From a virus, in the IMG/VR virus record IMGVR_UViG_3300042321_002027: DNA of 64,000 bases; one strand, written 5' to 3'. Below, in pieces: positions 9,680-19,351 of the stretch (its first letter is position 1; every line of letters begins with the position of its first letter). The notes under the pieces were generated by a model. That model worked only from the letters and a program-made list of their open reading frames with translations. It was not told the DNA's origin and did not search any database. The position numbers and the translations under genes are program-made.

Positions 9680-11614
9680 TCAGTTCTCGTCTAATTCTGG
9701 GTGTTTAAGTTTAGGTTTTAAAATTACTGTTGAATCTTTTTTGTCAGCAATTACTTTACGAACAATGTTAGCTCTTTTAACATTTTCGTCAATAATTTTC
9801 TGCTTTATCTCAGCTTGTTTAGTTACTCTAGTTTTTCCACCAGGACGTGCAACGTTTTCTATATATCTACGAACGTTGTCGGCGTCATTGGATTCACCGA
9901 AATTGACATAATCCTGAGCATAGTGCAAATAAGGTTTTGAAGGAACATTACCTTGTAGACCAGAAATTGTTTGTGGATTGATTCCTGGAATTGAAAGACT
10001 GAAAGGCATACGTTTTCTGTTTTGTTGTTTTTCTTCTTTTTTTCTATTTTGCTCTTTTTTCTTATTTTGATTCGCTAGATTTTCTGATGCTTTAGCTGCA
10101 GCTGCATTTACTGCAGTTTGTTTTGCAAGAGCGGGTTGTGCAGCCACATCTGCAGAAGGTGAAACTGCTGTTTGACCAACAGGTTTTGTAACTGCAGCCG
10201 TTTGTTGTCCTGGAGTTGCAACAGTTTGTGGTGCAGCAGCTGGCTTTGTTACTCTGTATGGAACAACATCCGGAGGTGTATCTCTTTTAGGTGCTGGAGG
10301 CGTTACAGGTTCAGGAATTTTTGGCGCAGGTGTGACATGCGGAGGAGTTTCTACTTCTCTTTGCGGTTTCGATGGAGCTGGTCTCCAAGGCACATTTCTA
10401 CGATCTGGTCCTTTTTCTCTTCTTATAGGAGCTCTTTGTGGTGGACCAGAAGGTTTTGGAGTAGGAGGCTCTATTTTAGGTACAGCTGCTCCTGTTGGTT
10501 TTAATTGAACCACAGAAGGTTGATCGCCACCAAGTTTCATAGAAGTACCACCATCTCCTTTTGGCATAGGAACAACGTTTACACCTGAAACGTCAGAAAG
10601 CGTTTCGGGTTTTTTCTCTGCCTTTGGACCAGTTGGACCTCTTGGTCCAGTTGGTGGAGCTGCAGGTGCTGCAGGCGCAGGGCTAACACCCAAACGATCA
10701 TCATGTCTTCTTAGTTTTGTAGAAGCAGAAGAAGATGGTTCTCTTGCTGAAATCGACACTCTCGCGCCAGTTTGTCTTGCATTAATAGTTCTTTGCTGAG
10801 CAAAAGGTTGATATGTTGCCTTGCTTTTATCAGCTGGTGGTTTAATCTCTGCTGTTGGTGTTTCTGTTTTAGGAACTTCAACTTTTGGAGCTGTCTCTGC
10901 TTTAGGAACTTCAACTTTTGGAGCTGTTTCTGGCTTTGGAAGCATTTTAGCTTGGTCTGCTTGTTTTAAAACTTTGTTACCAAATCTACCCAATAACGCA
11001 CCACCTGCCAATGGCAAAGCTACTCCAGTAGCAAATTCTTTTGCTGCTTTTAGACCTTCGCCTCTTTTAGCTAATTCTCTAGCATCCATATAACTTCCAG
11101 CAATATCAGTTGCTCCAAAAGTTAATGCGCTGGCAGCCTTACCTATCTTTTCAACTCTTTCTCTTGCTTCTTTTCCACCACCATAAATTTTTTCAATTGC
11201 TGAAGAAAGTTTTTCTGTAGGTAATGGTTCTCTGCTAGTAATTTCGCCAGTAGGTTTCATACCTGCAGGTAAATTACCACCAACGACTTTATCTTTATCG
11301 CTTTTCTTTTTAGTAGTTGTTTCTGAGGCAGGATCCCAAGATTCTCCTTCCTCTTCTTCTTTCTTTTTTGTTTGTTCTTCTATATTTTCTTCACTCTTCA
11401 AACCATGTTGAACTTTATCTTCGCCACGTTGAGCTAAAATTGTTGCTGTTTTCTTAGTTCCAGGATGTTCTTCTCCCTTTGGTGGAGAAATAACACCAAC
11501 TGGCTTTAGAAAAGAACGTGGAGTTCCTTCTGGTTTATCTTTTCCAGAAATACCAATAGATTCTTTTACTATATTTCTAATAGCATGCTCTAAGCTTGTG
11601 TATTTCTTATCCAT
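9680..11614 (-). CDS. Pro/Ala/Lys-rich low-complexity probable internal virion protein
   Basis: 644-aa ORF, ETAPKVEVPK repeats. Confidence 0.65.
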   Translation of the reverse strand: MDKKYTSLEHAIRNIVKESIGISGKDKPEGTPRSFLKPVGVISPPKGEEHPGTKKTATILAQRGEDKVQHGLKSEENIEEQTKKKEEEEGESWDPASETTTKKKSDKDKVVGGNLPAGMKPTGEITSREPLPTEKLSSAIEKIYGGGKEARERVEKIGKAASALTFGATDIAGSYMDARELAKRGEGLKAAKEFATGVALPLAGGALLGRFGNKVLKQADQAKMLPKPETAPKVEVPKAETAPKVEVPKTETPTAEIKPPADKSKATYQPFAQQRTINARQTGARVSISAREPSSSASTKLRRHDDRLGVSPAPAAPAAPPTGPRGPTGPKAEKKPETLSDVSGVNVVPMPKGDGGTSMKLGGDQPSVVQLKPTGAAVPKIEPPTPKPSGPPQRAPIRREKGPDRRNVPWRPAPSKPQREVETPPHVTPAPKIPEPVTPPAPKRDTPPDVVPYRVTKPAAAPQTVATPGQQTAAVTKPVGQTAVSPSADVAAQPALAKQTAVNAAAAKASENLANQNKKKEQNRKKEEKQQNRKRMPFSLSIPGINPQTISGLQGNVPSKPYLHYAQDYVNFGESNDADNVRRYIENVARPGGKTRVTKQAEIKQKIIDENVKRANIVRKVIADKKDSTVILKPKLKHPELDEN

Positions 11615-12072
11615 TAGCTTTTACCTTTTGCTATAGCTCTTAACATCCAACCATGTTTTTCATGGATGTCGATGCGCTCTTCTATAAAATTTACTATACC
11701 AATCTTATTTGCTTTTTCAGCTTGCTCGTGAGCAGTTGTCAAAGAAGCTAAAACTTTCTTATTGTCTTCTTCAAGTTTACGGACCATGTTTATAGCGGTT
11801 GGGATATTTACTTCGTCTGAAATAGTTGCTAACTGGTAAAAACGACCGAAAGATGCTGGTGCATATTCATCTAGTGTACGGATGTGTTCAGCAACCAAGT
11901 CTGTTGCTAACCATGCTTCATTATACAAAGTAGCGAAGAATGCGTGATAGTCGTTAAAGTTTTCACCCTCAACATTCCAATGATAGTTGTGTGCTTTAAG
12001 ATAGAACGCAAAAGTATCTGCTAGAACCACTTTCAACGAATCTGCTAGTGTATTATTCTTTTCTTTAGCCAT
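11614..12072 (-). CDS. dps: Dps/ferritin-like DNA protection protein
   Basis: KAHNYHWNVEG..F...H..F...Y......D.VAE.I; HEKHGWML. Confidence 0.92.
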   Translation of the reverse strand: MAKEKNNTLADSLKVVLADTFAFYLKAHNYHWNVEGENFNDYHAFFATLYNEAWLATDLVAEHIRTLDEYAPASFGRFYQLATISDEVNIPTAINMVRKLEEDNKKVLASLTTAHEQAEKANKIGIVNFIEERIDIHEKHGWMLRAIAKGKS

Positions 12073-12073
12073 A

Positions 12074-12478
12074 TTAATCTCCTCTCATAGAAATCAAATC
12101 ATTTTTAGGTTTCTTGTAAATCGTAGTATTGTTCTTTGGTGGCAAAAGATTGCCCTTACTACTTCTTTCAACATCAACCGTTCCAGGAAGAGAAGTTTTT
12201 TGCTTTTTTATTTCTTGTTTCTCGCGATTAGCTTGTTCCCAATCAAGTTCTTGTTGGCTAGAAGCTGGCTTTGCGCCAAATCCCCATGTATATGCAGCAT
12301 AAGGTCTAATAGAATTATCTACTCCTTTTTGATAACTATCTGAAGAAAAGGGCGAAAAAGGAAAATTAGCTAAGTCATAATCTAATGTGTTTAATTTCGA
12401 CTTAGTTTCTTTCTTATCGTTAGAAACGAAACCTTTCGCTGGCATATCTTCTTTAAAAAATTGCTTGAAACTTTTCAT
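12074..12478 (-). CDS. Hypothetical protein with capsid-targeting-like N-terminus
   Basis: MKSFKQFFKE. Confidence 0.65.
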   Translation of the reverse strand: MKSFKQFFKEDMPAKGFVSNDKKETKSKLNTLDYDLANFPFSPFSSDSYQKGVDNSIRPYAAYTWGFGAKPASSQQELDWEQANREKQEIKKQKTSLPGTVDVERSSKGNLLPPKNNTTIYKKPKNDLISMRGD

Positions 12479-13666
12479 TTAGCAATCCCAAGCTTTACGA
12501 GACCAATAGTTGGCGCTTGTTGTATTAGTTAAATTACCTTGACCGCCTGAACGAGCGCAATATGAGTCTTTGTTGCTCTTAATATGCTTCTTGATAGACA
12601 TTGTCTTGCTACCAAAGTTTACCTTTTGTGCCTTGCCATCGCCGTCCGGATCAACATAAACCTTAGACTTCTTAACGTCGCCCTTCATTGGCTTGTTGAG
12701 AGGAACTGTCTTACCCTTGTAAGTGGCTTCAGCTATAACTTTTTTAATAGTTTGTAGGGTTGATTTTTTCATTTGACCTGGAGTATCGCCCTTATAGACG
12801 TTTGTTAATGAAGTTGTACCATCAAATCTTGATGATGGGTTATTTTTGTTTTTGGAAACTTTTTCTGCACCAGTGTACTCGTCACCATACATTTGACGAT
12901 ATTTCTTTGTGTGTTTTGACTCTCTTGTTTTAGCGGTTGCATCACCTGGAGCTTTTCCGTAAGCAGAAGGGTCATCCCAATGCTTTTCTCTACCTTTTGC
13001 AAAGTGTGCAGCACGTGCTTTGTCTGTTCCTTTTTGACCAGTCGTGTACTTCTTTGGCAAACCAGTTTCTTTATCTTTTGGAACTTCAGGCAGTTTTTCT
13101 TCTCTTAAATCTTTATCAGCGCCGTGATATGTGCCTTTGCCTTTAGTAATATATGAATTCACACGAGCCATACCCCACTGCTGTGGTGTAGTTCCTGGAC
13201 GATGACCAGTTCTCCAAGCAGCGACGCCTCTAGAATACACTTTCTTCAATGTTCCTAAAGAAACTCCTGAAGCAGCAGCCTTCTTTGCTAAGGCTGACTC
13301 TGATTCGTCTAGCTCATATTCTTCATTTTGTGCTGATTTAATTTGCTCTCTAGTTGGAGCACCCTTTGATCCTGGCTTCCTCATTTTTTCACCAGAACCA
13401 GCCTTGATTCTGGCACGCTTGGCGTGGATATTAGCCCATAAACCCTTTCCGCCCTCTAAAAGGTCAGCGTCTAATTCGGTGGCGTATCCACCAGCTATGA
13501 AGGAGTTAACTCGGTCAAAACCAAACTGTTCAGGGTTGCCTGTGAACGATTCGTTCCAAAGGTTGTAGCCGCGAAGGTAGATCTGTTCTAAAACCGCAAT
13601 CGAGTATCCAGAGCTTTGTGACTTCTTGTACAAAGCTAGTTTCTGCTTATCATTCAATTCTACCAT
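12479..13666 (-). CDS. Basic multi-module phage protein with an internal domain duplication
   Basis: Two copies of AL.KK...SG.S...L...Y.RG...W...P.Q.G..RVNS.I; C-terminal KVNFG...SYCARS...SANYWS. Confidence 0.75.
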   Translation of the reverse strand: MVELNDKQKLALYKKSQSSGYSIAVLEQIYLRGYNLWNESFTGNPEQFGFDRVNSFIAGGYATELDADLLEGGKGLWANIHAKRARIKAGSGEKMRKPGSKGAPTREQIKSAQNEEYELDESESALAKKAAASGVSLGTLKKVYSRGVAAWRTGHRPGTTPQQWGMARVNSYITKGKGTYHGADKDLREEKLPEVPKDKETGLPKKYTTGQKGTDKARAAHFAKGREKHWDDPSAYGKAPGDATAKTRESKHTKKYRQMYGDEYTGAEKVSKNKNNPSSRFDGTTSLTNVYKGDTPGQMKKSTLQTIKKVIAEATYKGKTVPLNKPMKGDVKKSKVYVDPDGDGKAQKVNFGSKTMSIKKHIKSNKDSYCARSGGQGNLTNTTSANYWSRKAWDC

Positions 13667-13745
13667 CGGAGTTTCCCTTTAGGCTTATCCGTTTATGTTT
13701 ATGCGAGTTTGCCGATAGCCTTATCGCGGTTTACTATTATTTATA
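13667..13745 (-). promoter_or_regulatory. T4-type late promoter plus tandem structured 5' leader
   Basis: TATAAATA at 13745-13738; two covarying hairpins at 13727-13703 and 13691-13667. Confidence 0.7.
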
Positions 13746-13752
13746 ATAAAAC

Positions 13753-15060
13753 TTATCTTGAAACTTCTTCCCAGTCCATAGATCCGTAGACACTCTCACC
13801 ATTAGTTTTGGCTGCCAACACAAGAGAGATTTCAAACGGCGTTCCCGTAAAACTGTTTCTTTCTAGCTGAAATTTAAATAGTGCTTCTTTGAGAATATCC
13901 ACAGACGCGCTGGTGCTTGCCGTTGATGTAAAGTAACCAGATGCAAGGGTTCTGCCACCTGAAGTGCCAGTGCCTGTTATGTTATATTCAACAGCACTAT
14001 CATCACCTGCACTTACCCATGTTCCGCCTGTTGTAGTGGTGCTTGCTCTTACCTGCCAGTTGAAGTTACTTGCTGTGTCAGCGATACAAGATAATGCAGT
14101 AAGAATTACTACAGCATCTAGTGAGGTTGCTTTTAGTCTTAATGAAACAATTGGGTAAAATGTTCCTGCTGTAGCCAAACTACGTGCCGCAGTTATTGGA
14201 GTACCTATTGCTTGCTGCGAACCTCTAAGTTCGTATCCACCTTCAGAGATTACAGATGAGCAGACTTGTTTCATTAAGCTGCTATTAGCAGTTGTTCCTG
14301 TGTTTCTAATTTCGTAACGAACAGGAAGTGAAGCAGTCGTCATGTAAGTAGATGTAATGTAATTTGCATGGTGAAAAGAGTGGCAATGAATTAACTTACC
14401 ATCAATAACAAAACCACAACGAACTGAACCAAGACCCAACCATTCAATATCATGGAATACGATCTGCGCCTTTGACATATCCAATGTTGCTTTAGAAGGA
14501 CTAGATGCAACGTTGCCTAGTAGAGTATCAATGTTCCAATTTGCCTGTTCTGCTCTTATTTCGACTACATTACCGTTTGAATATGAACGTTCAACAAACG
14601 CAATATTGGTGCCATTAGCTTCCAAATAGATACCGTTGTTATTACCAAAGTAACCAACTCTTTGTCTTAGGTTTGCCTTTGGTGGTGACATAACAACTGT
14701 GTTTAATATCTGCAATGACTTACCAGGCTGATACGAAAACACCTTGGTTGTTTCTCTAATAATTTCAGCACCAGAAGTTGTCGGTAAATTGAGTTCAATC
14801 AACCCTGCATTAGCATTAAAATTATATGTTGTTCCGGCTGAGTTTGATGTTGACCATAAACCGTTGTCTTTATAACGATGTGAAGAATCAAACAACGTTA
14901 GTGGTTGTGAAACTCTTGAACGACCAAATGCGTCAACAGCCATACCTGTAGGATTTGATGGACCTACCAAGTTGCCATATTGATCTGCAAGCATGACAAC
15001 TTCAAATATTGTTGTTCCATCTTTTAAATATTGGTGAGTATCTTTACGAAATTGTGCCAT
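13753..15060 (-). CDS. Probable virion structural protein
   Basis: DAFGRSRVSQPLTLFDS, YQPGKS, EWLGLGSVRCGF motifs; beta-rich. Confidence 0.7.
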   Translation of the reverse strand: MAQFRKDTHQYLKDGTTIFEVVMLADQYGNLVGPSNPTGMAVDAFGRSRVSQPLTLFDSSHRYKDNGLWSTSNSAGTTYNFNANAGLIELNLPTTSGAEIIRETTKVFSYQPGKSLQILNTVVMSPPKANLRQRVGYFGNNNGIYLEANGTNIAFVERSYSNGNVVEIRAEQANWNIDTLLGNVASSPSKATLDMSKAQIVFHDIEWLGLGSVRCGFVIDGKLIHCHSFHHANYITSTYMTTASLPVRYEIRNTGTTANSSLMKQVCSSVISEGGYELRGSQQAIGTPITAARSLATAGTFYPIVSLRLKATSLDAVVILTALSCIADTASNFNWQVRASTTTTGGTWVSAGDDSAVEYNITGTGTSGGRTLASGYFTSTASTSASVDILKEALFKFQLERNSFTGTPFEISLVLAAKTNGESVYGSMDWEEVSR

Positions 15061-15062
15061 GT

Positions 15063-17138
15063 TTACTTTGCTCTTCTTTTAAGCGCGTCTATTAATAAAG
15101 GATTACCATTTTCGTCATAGTCCCAATAAGTAAGAGCTTTTTCTCTACTCATTTTTGGTTGGTACTCTTTGAAACCAATAATTTTAGATAATTTGTTCTG
15201 ACTATTACTTAGTTCTTTTGATAAAGATTGACCTGTTTGATCTGATGCTACGGCATTAGTGTCTGCATATCTGGCAAGTTCGTCATTTGTTGCAGCAGGA
15301 TTACCGCTGTTAAACCCTAAACCACCAACAGCTGCTGTTGTTGTTTCATTTAACTTCATGCCTTTTCTAACATCATTGTACATAGCAGTTTTGTTTCTAT
15401 CACTCATTGAAGATGGAGCCATAGACTTAAATGCGCCTACGTTTTTACTCTTAGCAGCATCTCTCATTTTAGAGGCTGAATAACCAGCAACGCTTTCACT
15501 CTCATCTCTTGCGCCTCCAGCTTGAGCAAAGTTAAGTTTCATGTCATAGAAACCATGTGGTCCTTTTACGCCATTATATTTCTTAGCCATTTCTCCCATC
15601 GCGTCTCTATCAGACCCACCTACAATAGTTACTTCTCTGTGCCCTTCATTATATGCTCTGCTCAAATGGTGAAGTAAGTTAGGTTGTGCTGGTGAAGATG
15701 TACTAAAATTTACCCCAGGAAAAGCACTTCTAGCATGCTTTAATTTTTGCTCTGCAGTTAATGGATTTTTCTTTGGATCATGGCTGTGAGAAAGTATTAT
15801 CTCATGATCTGCATTGTTACGCTTTGCTTCATCAGCTACCTTTTTAACAACAAGACCATGACCTTGATGGATTGGATTCATTCGAACAAAAGAAATAACT
15901 TTGGCTTCATCTAAAGATTCCGCCATGGCTTGTCTCTCTTTAGCTAGTTGACTTTGTTTTCCTTTAAGGAAATTTTGCCTAGAAAACTCTTCACGGTCAA
16001 CAAACTTAGTCATGTTACCTTTCTTATCAACAGCAACACCGCCTTCTGGACCAGTAGCCTCTCCACCGATAGAGTGCATAAAAGGGTTATTTTTAGCCAT
16101 TACATTAGTCAATACATTCTTGGCAGCTTGTAAATGGCCATGAACCTCTAATGCTTTCTTAAAGTGTGGTAAATTATCAGTAATTTGTTTTACCAATTTG
16201 GCATGGTCTTGGATTTTCTTTTCTTTTGCTGCAGGAGTTTTAACCTTATCAACTTCTTTTTTAGACTTTTCAGCTAAATCAGCAAGATAACCTTCAATTG
16301 ATGGTTTACCACCCTCGCGCACCATTTTGTTAACATGCATTTCTAATCCAGGACCATGCCCCTCAATAGCATCCATAGCTTCAGGCTTCATACCAGAATA
16401 TGCTTTTCTTACATTAGCAGAATGATTCAAGAAAGCTTGCTGCTCTTCAGCAGTATAGTTTTGCGGATTGACGTCAATTGTTGGGTCAATGTTATGGACA
16501 TCCGGATGATTTCTAAAAGTATTTCTAGACTTTTCATCTAAAGCAGAAGCACCCATAGACTCTAACTTTTTACCACCGGAATACTTGGTATGTACCACAA
16601 CACCAAGCTCAGCATTTTTCATTTGAGAGCCATGTTCACTGTCATTTGGCGCTGAGTAAGTGATAGTATTAGGTGTAACACTGCGCATACCATTTTTTTC
16701 TGTTACATCACCCTTGGTGTACATCAAGTCACCTTGATAAACGCCACCATTTCTTGGCATGATTTTAGGTAGGTGATCTAGTGCACCTTTTAGTTTCTCG
16801 ACCAATCCAGGAGCATGACCGTGATTACGTTCGATATCTTCAGGAGTGTAGTTTATCTTAGGATCTTTATTGAAAGCAGACTTAGAAGCAACGAAAAACT
16901 TACCAGTTTCTGGATGTGTTCCAAATACAATTGATGGCGAACCATCATATTTTGTGGTTACCATGGTAGAATTATTTCTGCCAAGCAACTTGTTATGCAC
17001 ATCTTCTAAATGTTGAGCAGCAATACCTACACCCTCATGACCGCCATGAATAACCATGTCTTCAAGGTGAGTAAGATGCTTTAGTTTTTTCCCTTGTTCT
17101 TCTATATCTTCTAGGAGAAAATTTGAAAAGTTAATCAT
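15063..17138 (-). CDS. Fusion of a ligase-like (KxDG) domain and an HxGH cytidylyltransferase-like domain
   Basis: HLTHLED, TTKYDGSP, YQGD, EGGV, TKFVDR; then RMNPIHQGH, VGGSDR, SASKMR. Confidence 0.8.
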   Translation of the reverse strand: MINFSNFLLEDIEEQGKKLKHLTHLEDMVIHGGHEGVGIAAQHLEDVHNKLLGRNNSTMVTTKYDGSPSIVFGTHPETGKFFVASKSAFNKDPKINYTPEDIERNHGHAPGLVEKLKGALDHLPKIMPRNGGVYQGDLMYTKGDVTEKNGMRSVTPNTITYSAPNDSEHGSQMKNAELGVVVHTKYSGGKKLESMGASALDEKSRNTFRNHPDVHNIDPTIDVNPQNYTAEEQQAFLNHSANVRKAYSGMKPEAMDAIEGHGPGLEMHVNKMVREGGKPSIEGYLADLAEKSKKEVDKVKTPAAKEKKIQDHAKLVKQITDNLPHFKKALEVHGHLQAAKNVLTNVMAKNNPFMHSIGGEATGPEGGVAVDKKGNMTKFVDREEFSRQNFLKGKQSQLAKERQAMAESLDEAKVISFVRMNPIHQGHGLVVKKVADEAKRNNADHEIILSHSHDPKKNPLTAEQKLKHARSAFPGVNFSTSSPAQPNLLHHLSRAYNEGHREVTIVGGSDRDAMGEMAKKYNGVKGPHGFYDMKLNFAQAGGARDESESVAGYSASKMRDAAKSKNVGAFKSMAPSSMSDRNKTAMYNDVRKGMKLNETTTAAVGGLGFNSGNPAATNDELARYADTNAVASDQTGQSLSKELSNSQNKLSKIIGFKEYQPKMSREKALTYWDYDENGNPLLIDALKRRAK

Positions 17139-18607
17139 TACGCATGTCCTTGATAAATTTCGTGGTCGGCATGAACCTGTCTACCAAACATCTCATTGCT
17201 TATTTTTTTAGGTTCTGCTTGTGGTTTGTTTTCTACTTTTGGATTAGACTTAATTACGGGGTTAACTGGTGGCCTAGAGGTAGATTTGTCCCACATATGA
17301 ACGCCTCTACGATTAACTGCAGTGTTTCCACCAGCTGGTGAAGAATCAACAACATAACTTACTCCATGCCCTGAAGGACCACTTAATGAAGTTGATATAG
17401 AACCAGGATTAGAAGTAATTTTGTATTGACCGTAAGATGATTCAAAATGTGAATCAAAATCGTTTTCTGCATCTGATATTTCAGAAACTCTTTCTGGCGC
17501 GCCTTTTTTAATTTCACCAGAAGTACTTTTCCAAGTATTTAACCTTACAACTGGCATTTTACTTTGATCTCTTCCTATATTTAATGTTTTCTTTAGAAAA
17601 GATCTTATTTTTTCTTTATTTTCCGGAGTTTGGACGTTCATGATGTTAGCCATGTGACGACCTAAAGAAACATTTGTAGCTCTTTTAGCTATTTCAGTTC
17701 TGCTGTCTCTTAATTCTTTGTATATGTTCGCAAAAGTTTCTCTGTCTTTATCATTAGCATACATTGATTTGTTTTTTTCTTCTGAAGCTTTTTCAAGATA
17801 TCTAAAAGCATCTTTTGTTTTATCTGAGTCTTTAAGTAGACTTATATTACCATTTTTATCGTAAGAAAGTTTGTTTGGAGAAGAGATACCATTTTCGCCA
17901 AAATGCCTTTTTAAAAACGGTTCATATTTTTTTAATATTTTACCGTGTGCTAATTTAGCAGCATTTTCTGCTTTTTCAGAATCTGCTTCAAACGAACCAG
18001 ATTTACCTGTTATATTTTTATATTCATCATCAATTTGTTTTGAAAATTTACCAAGACCAGAATTAAATAGTTTAGATTCTGATCCAGATTTTAAGCTTAC
18101 TCCAAAATATCCATTTCCGAGATTTTTGTGACCATGCTCAACTACAATATCTGAATTATTCGTTTCGTCTTCTACGCCAGTTAAATTTTTGATATCATTT
18201 TTATTTGCTGTAAAATGTACGCCTTTTATGTCTTTAATGCCATTTTTGTGCAAATGGTCTATTAAATGAGAAGCTCCATGTAAAGCATGCTGAAAAATAT
18301 CTTCATAATTATCTTTATCAGCAGCGTTTCCTAGTTCATTGTGAAGATCTTCAGCAGTTTTATTATCACTGTCTTTAAATTGAGGCATATGCGTTAGTGA
18401 ATACATATGACTGTTTTTCATTTTTTGCGGTTTGTTTATAGCTTGCATAGCCATATTATGCGCAGTATCATGACCCTTACTAATATTTTTTTGGTAAACT
18501 TTAGCATAATGATTAACTAATCCACCAACTAGAACTTCATGAAGTTTTCCATATTGATTCTTATTTAATTTTTCTTCAAGCAAAAAATTAGAAAAATTTA
18601 ACATCAT
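17138..18607 (-). CDS. Hypothetical protein, possible PD-(D/E)xK-like nuclease
   Basis: GKLHEVL...NSDIVV...GVSLKS; N-terminus MMLNFSNFLLEE. Confidence 0.5.
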   Translation of the reverse strand: MMLNFSNFLLEEKLNKNQYGKLHEVLVGGLVNHYAKVYQKNISKGHDTAHNMAMQAINKPQKMKNSHMYSLTHMPQFKDSDNKTAEDLHNELGNAADKDNYEDIFQHALHGASHLIDHLHKNGIKDIKGVHFTANKNDIKNLTGVEDETNNSDIVVEHGHKNLGNGYFGVSLKSGSESKLFNSGLGKFSKQIDDEYKNITGKSGSFEADSEKAENAAKLAHGKILKKYEPFLKRHFGENGISSPNKLSYDKNGNISLLKDSDKTKDAFRYLEKASEEKNKSMYANDKDRETFANIYKELRDSRTEIAKRATNVSLGRHMANIMNVQTPENKEKIRSFLKKTLNIGRDQSKMPVVRLNTWKSTSGEIKKGAPERVSEISDAENDFDSHFESSYGQYKITSNPGSISTSLSGPSGHGVSYVVDSSPAGGNTAVNRRGVHMWDKSTSRPPVNPVIKSNPKVENKPQAEPKKISNEMFGRQVHADHEIYQGHA

Positions 18608-19287
18608 TTAGAACCTTTCTCTTTAGGAGTAGCTGAATATCTAGTTACTTTGACATTACCAGTTTCAGGATCATGTTGAACATGGTGACCGTGAAATGCA
18701 ACATCTGGAAATTTCTTTTGTAACTTCAGCATACCATTAATATTGTCTATAGAGTCATCGTACAAGTGAACTTCTTTTAGCCCTTCTTTTTCGATGGCTC
18801 CAGCTATATGAGCAGCCTTTGTATCAGCTGGCTTTCCTTGTGTATTCCCAGCTCTGCGTACGTGAACACCAGAACCTGGAGTGATGTCGATACCATATTT
18901 ACCCATTATCTGAGCAAACTTTTCTTTATCATCTAAGTCGCCGCGAGCAGTTAACATCTCGACGTTGGCGCCATTCTTTTTCATTGCTTTTAGTTTAGCA
19001 ACCATACCACGGATAGGAGTAGCCGACTGATCGAATAGATCAGAGCTTCTAAACTCGCTAAAATCGTAGCTGTGATCAGGGGAGAGTTGATGTGAGTTAA
19101 ATTCTTGGTTTGTTAAAGTTCGAACTCTACGACCAGAAGAGTCTTTAACGTGGACTCTTAACTTATTGTGATCGTGCGCGAAAAGGGTTTCGTCTATGTC
19201 GAAATAGTGTTTAGCTTTTCTGTTTTTAACTGAAGGTTTAGAAACAGCTTCATTTATCGATAAAAAATGCTGAAATTTTAACATCAT
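18604..19287 (-). CDS. HAD-superfamily phosphatase (PNK 3'-phosphatase-like)
   Basis: FDIDETL (motif I), LTARG (II), K (III), LYDDS (IV). Confidence 0.8.
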   Translation of the reverse strand: MMLKFQHFLSINEAVSKPSVKNRKAKHYFDIDETLFAHDHNKLRVHVKDSSGRRVRTLTNQEFNSHQLSPDHSYDFSEFRSSDLFDQSATPIRGMVAKLKAMKKNGANVEMLTARGDLDDKEKFAQIMGKYGIDITPGSGVHVRRAGNTQGKPADTKAAHIAGAIEKEGLKEVHLYDDSIDNINGMLKLQKKFPDVAFHGHHVQHDPETGNVKVTRYSATPKEKGSK

Positions 19288-19324
19288 CTGACCCTAAATA
19301 TGCTTTTAGATATTTATTAAAATA

Positions 19325-19351
19325 AAAAAGGCGAGCCTTTACAGACTCGCC
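19325..19351 (-). terminator. Rho-independent terminator
   Basis: Minus strand GGCGAG-tctgtaaagg-CTCGCC-TTTTTT. Confidence 0.75.

Noticed and set aside
13667-13730. c-di-GMP-I riboswitch (GGCAAAC resemblance)
   Set aside because: It lacks the GNRA/receptor P2-P3 architecture; the pattern is two small repeated hairpins instead.
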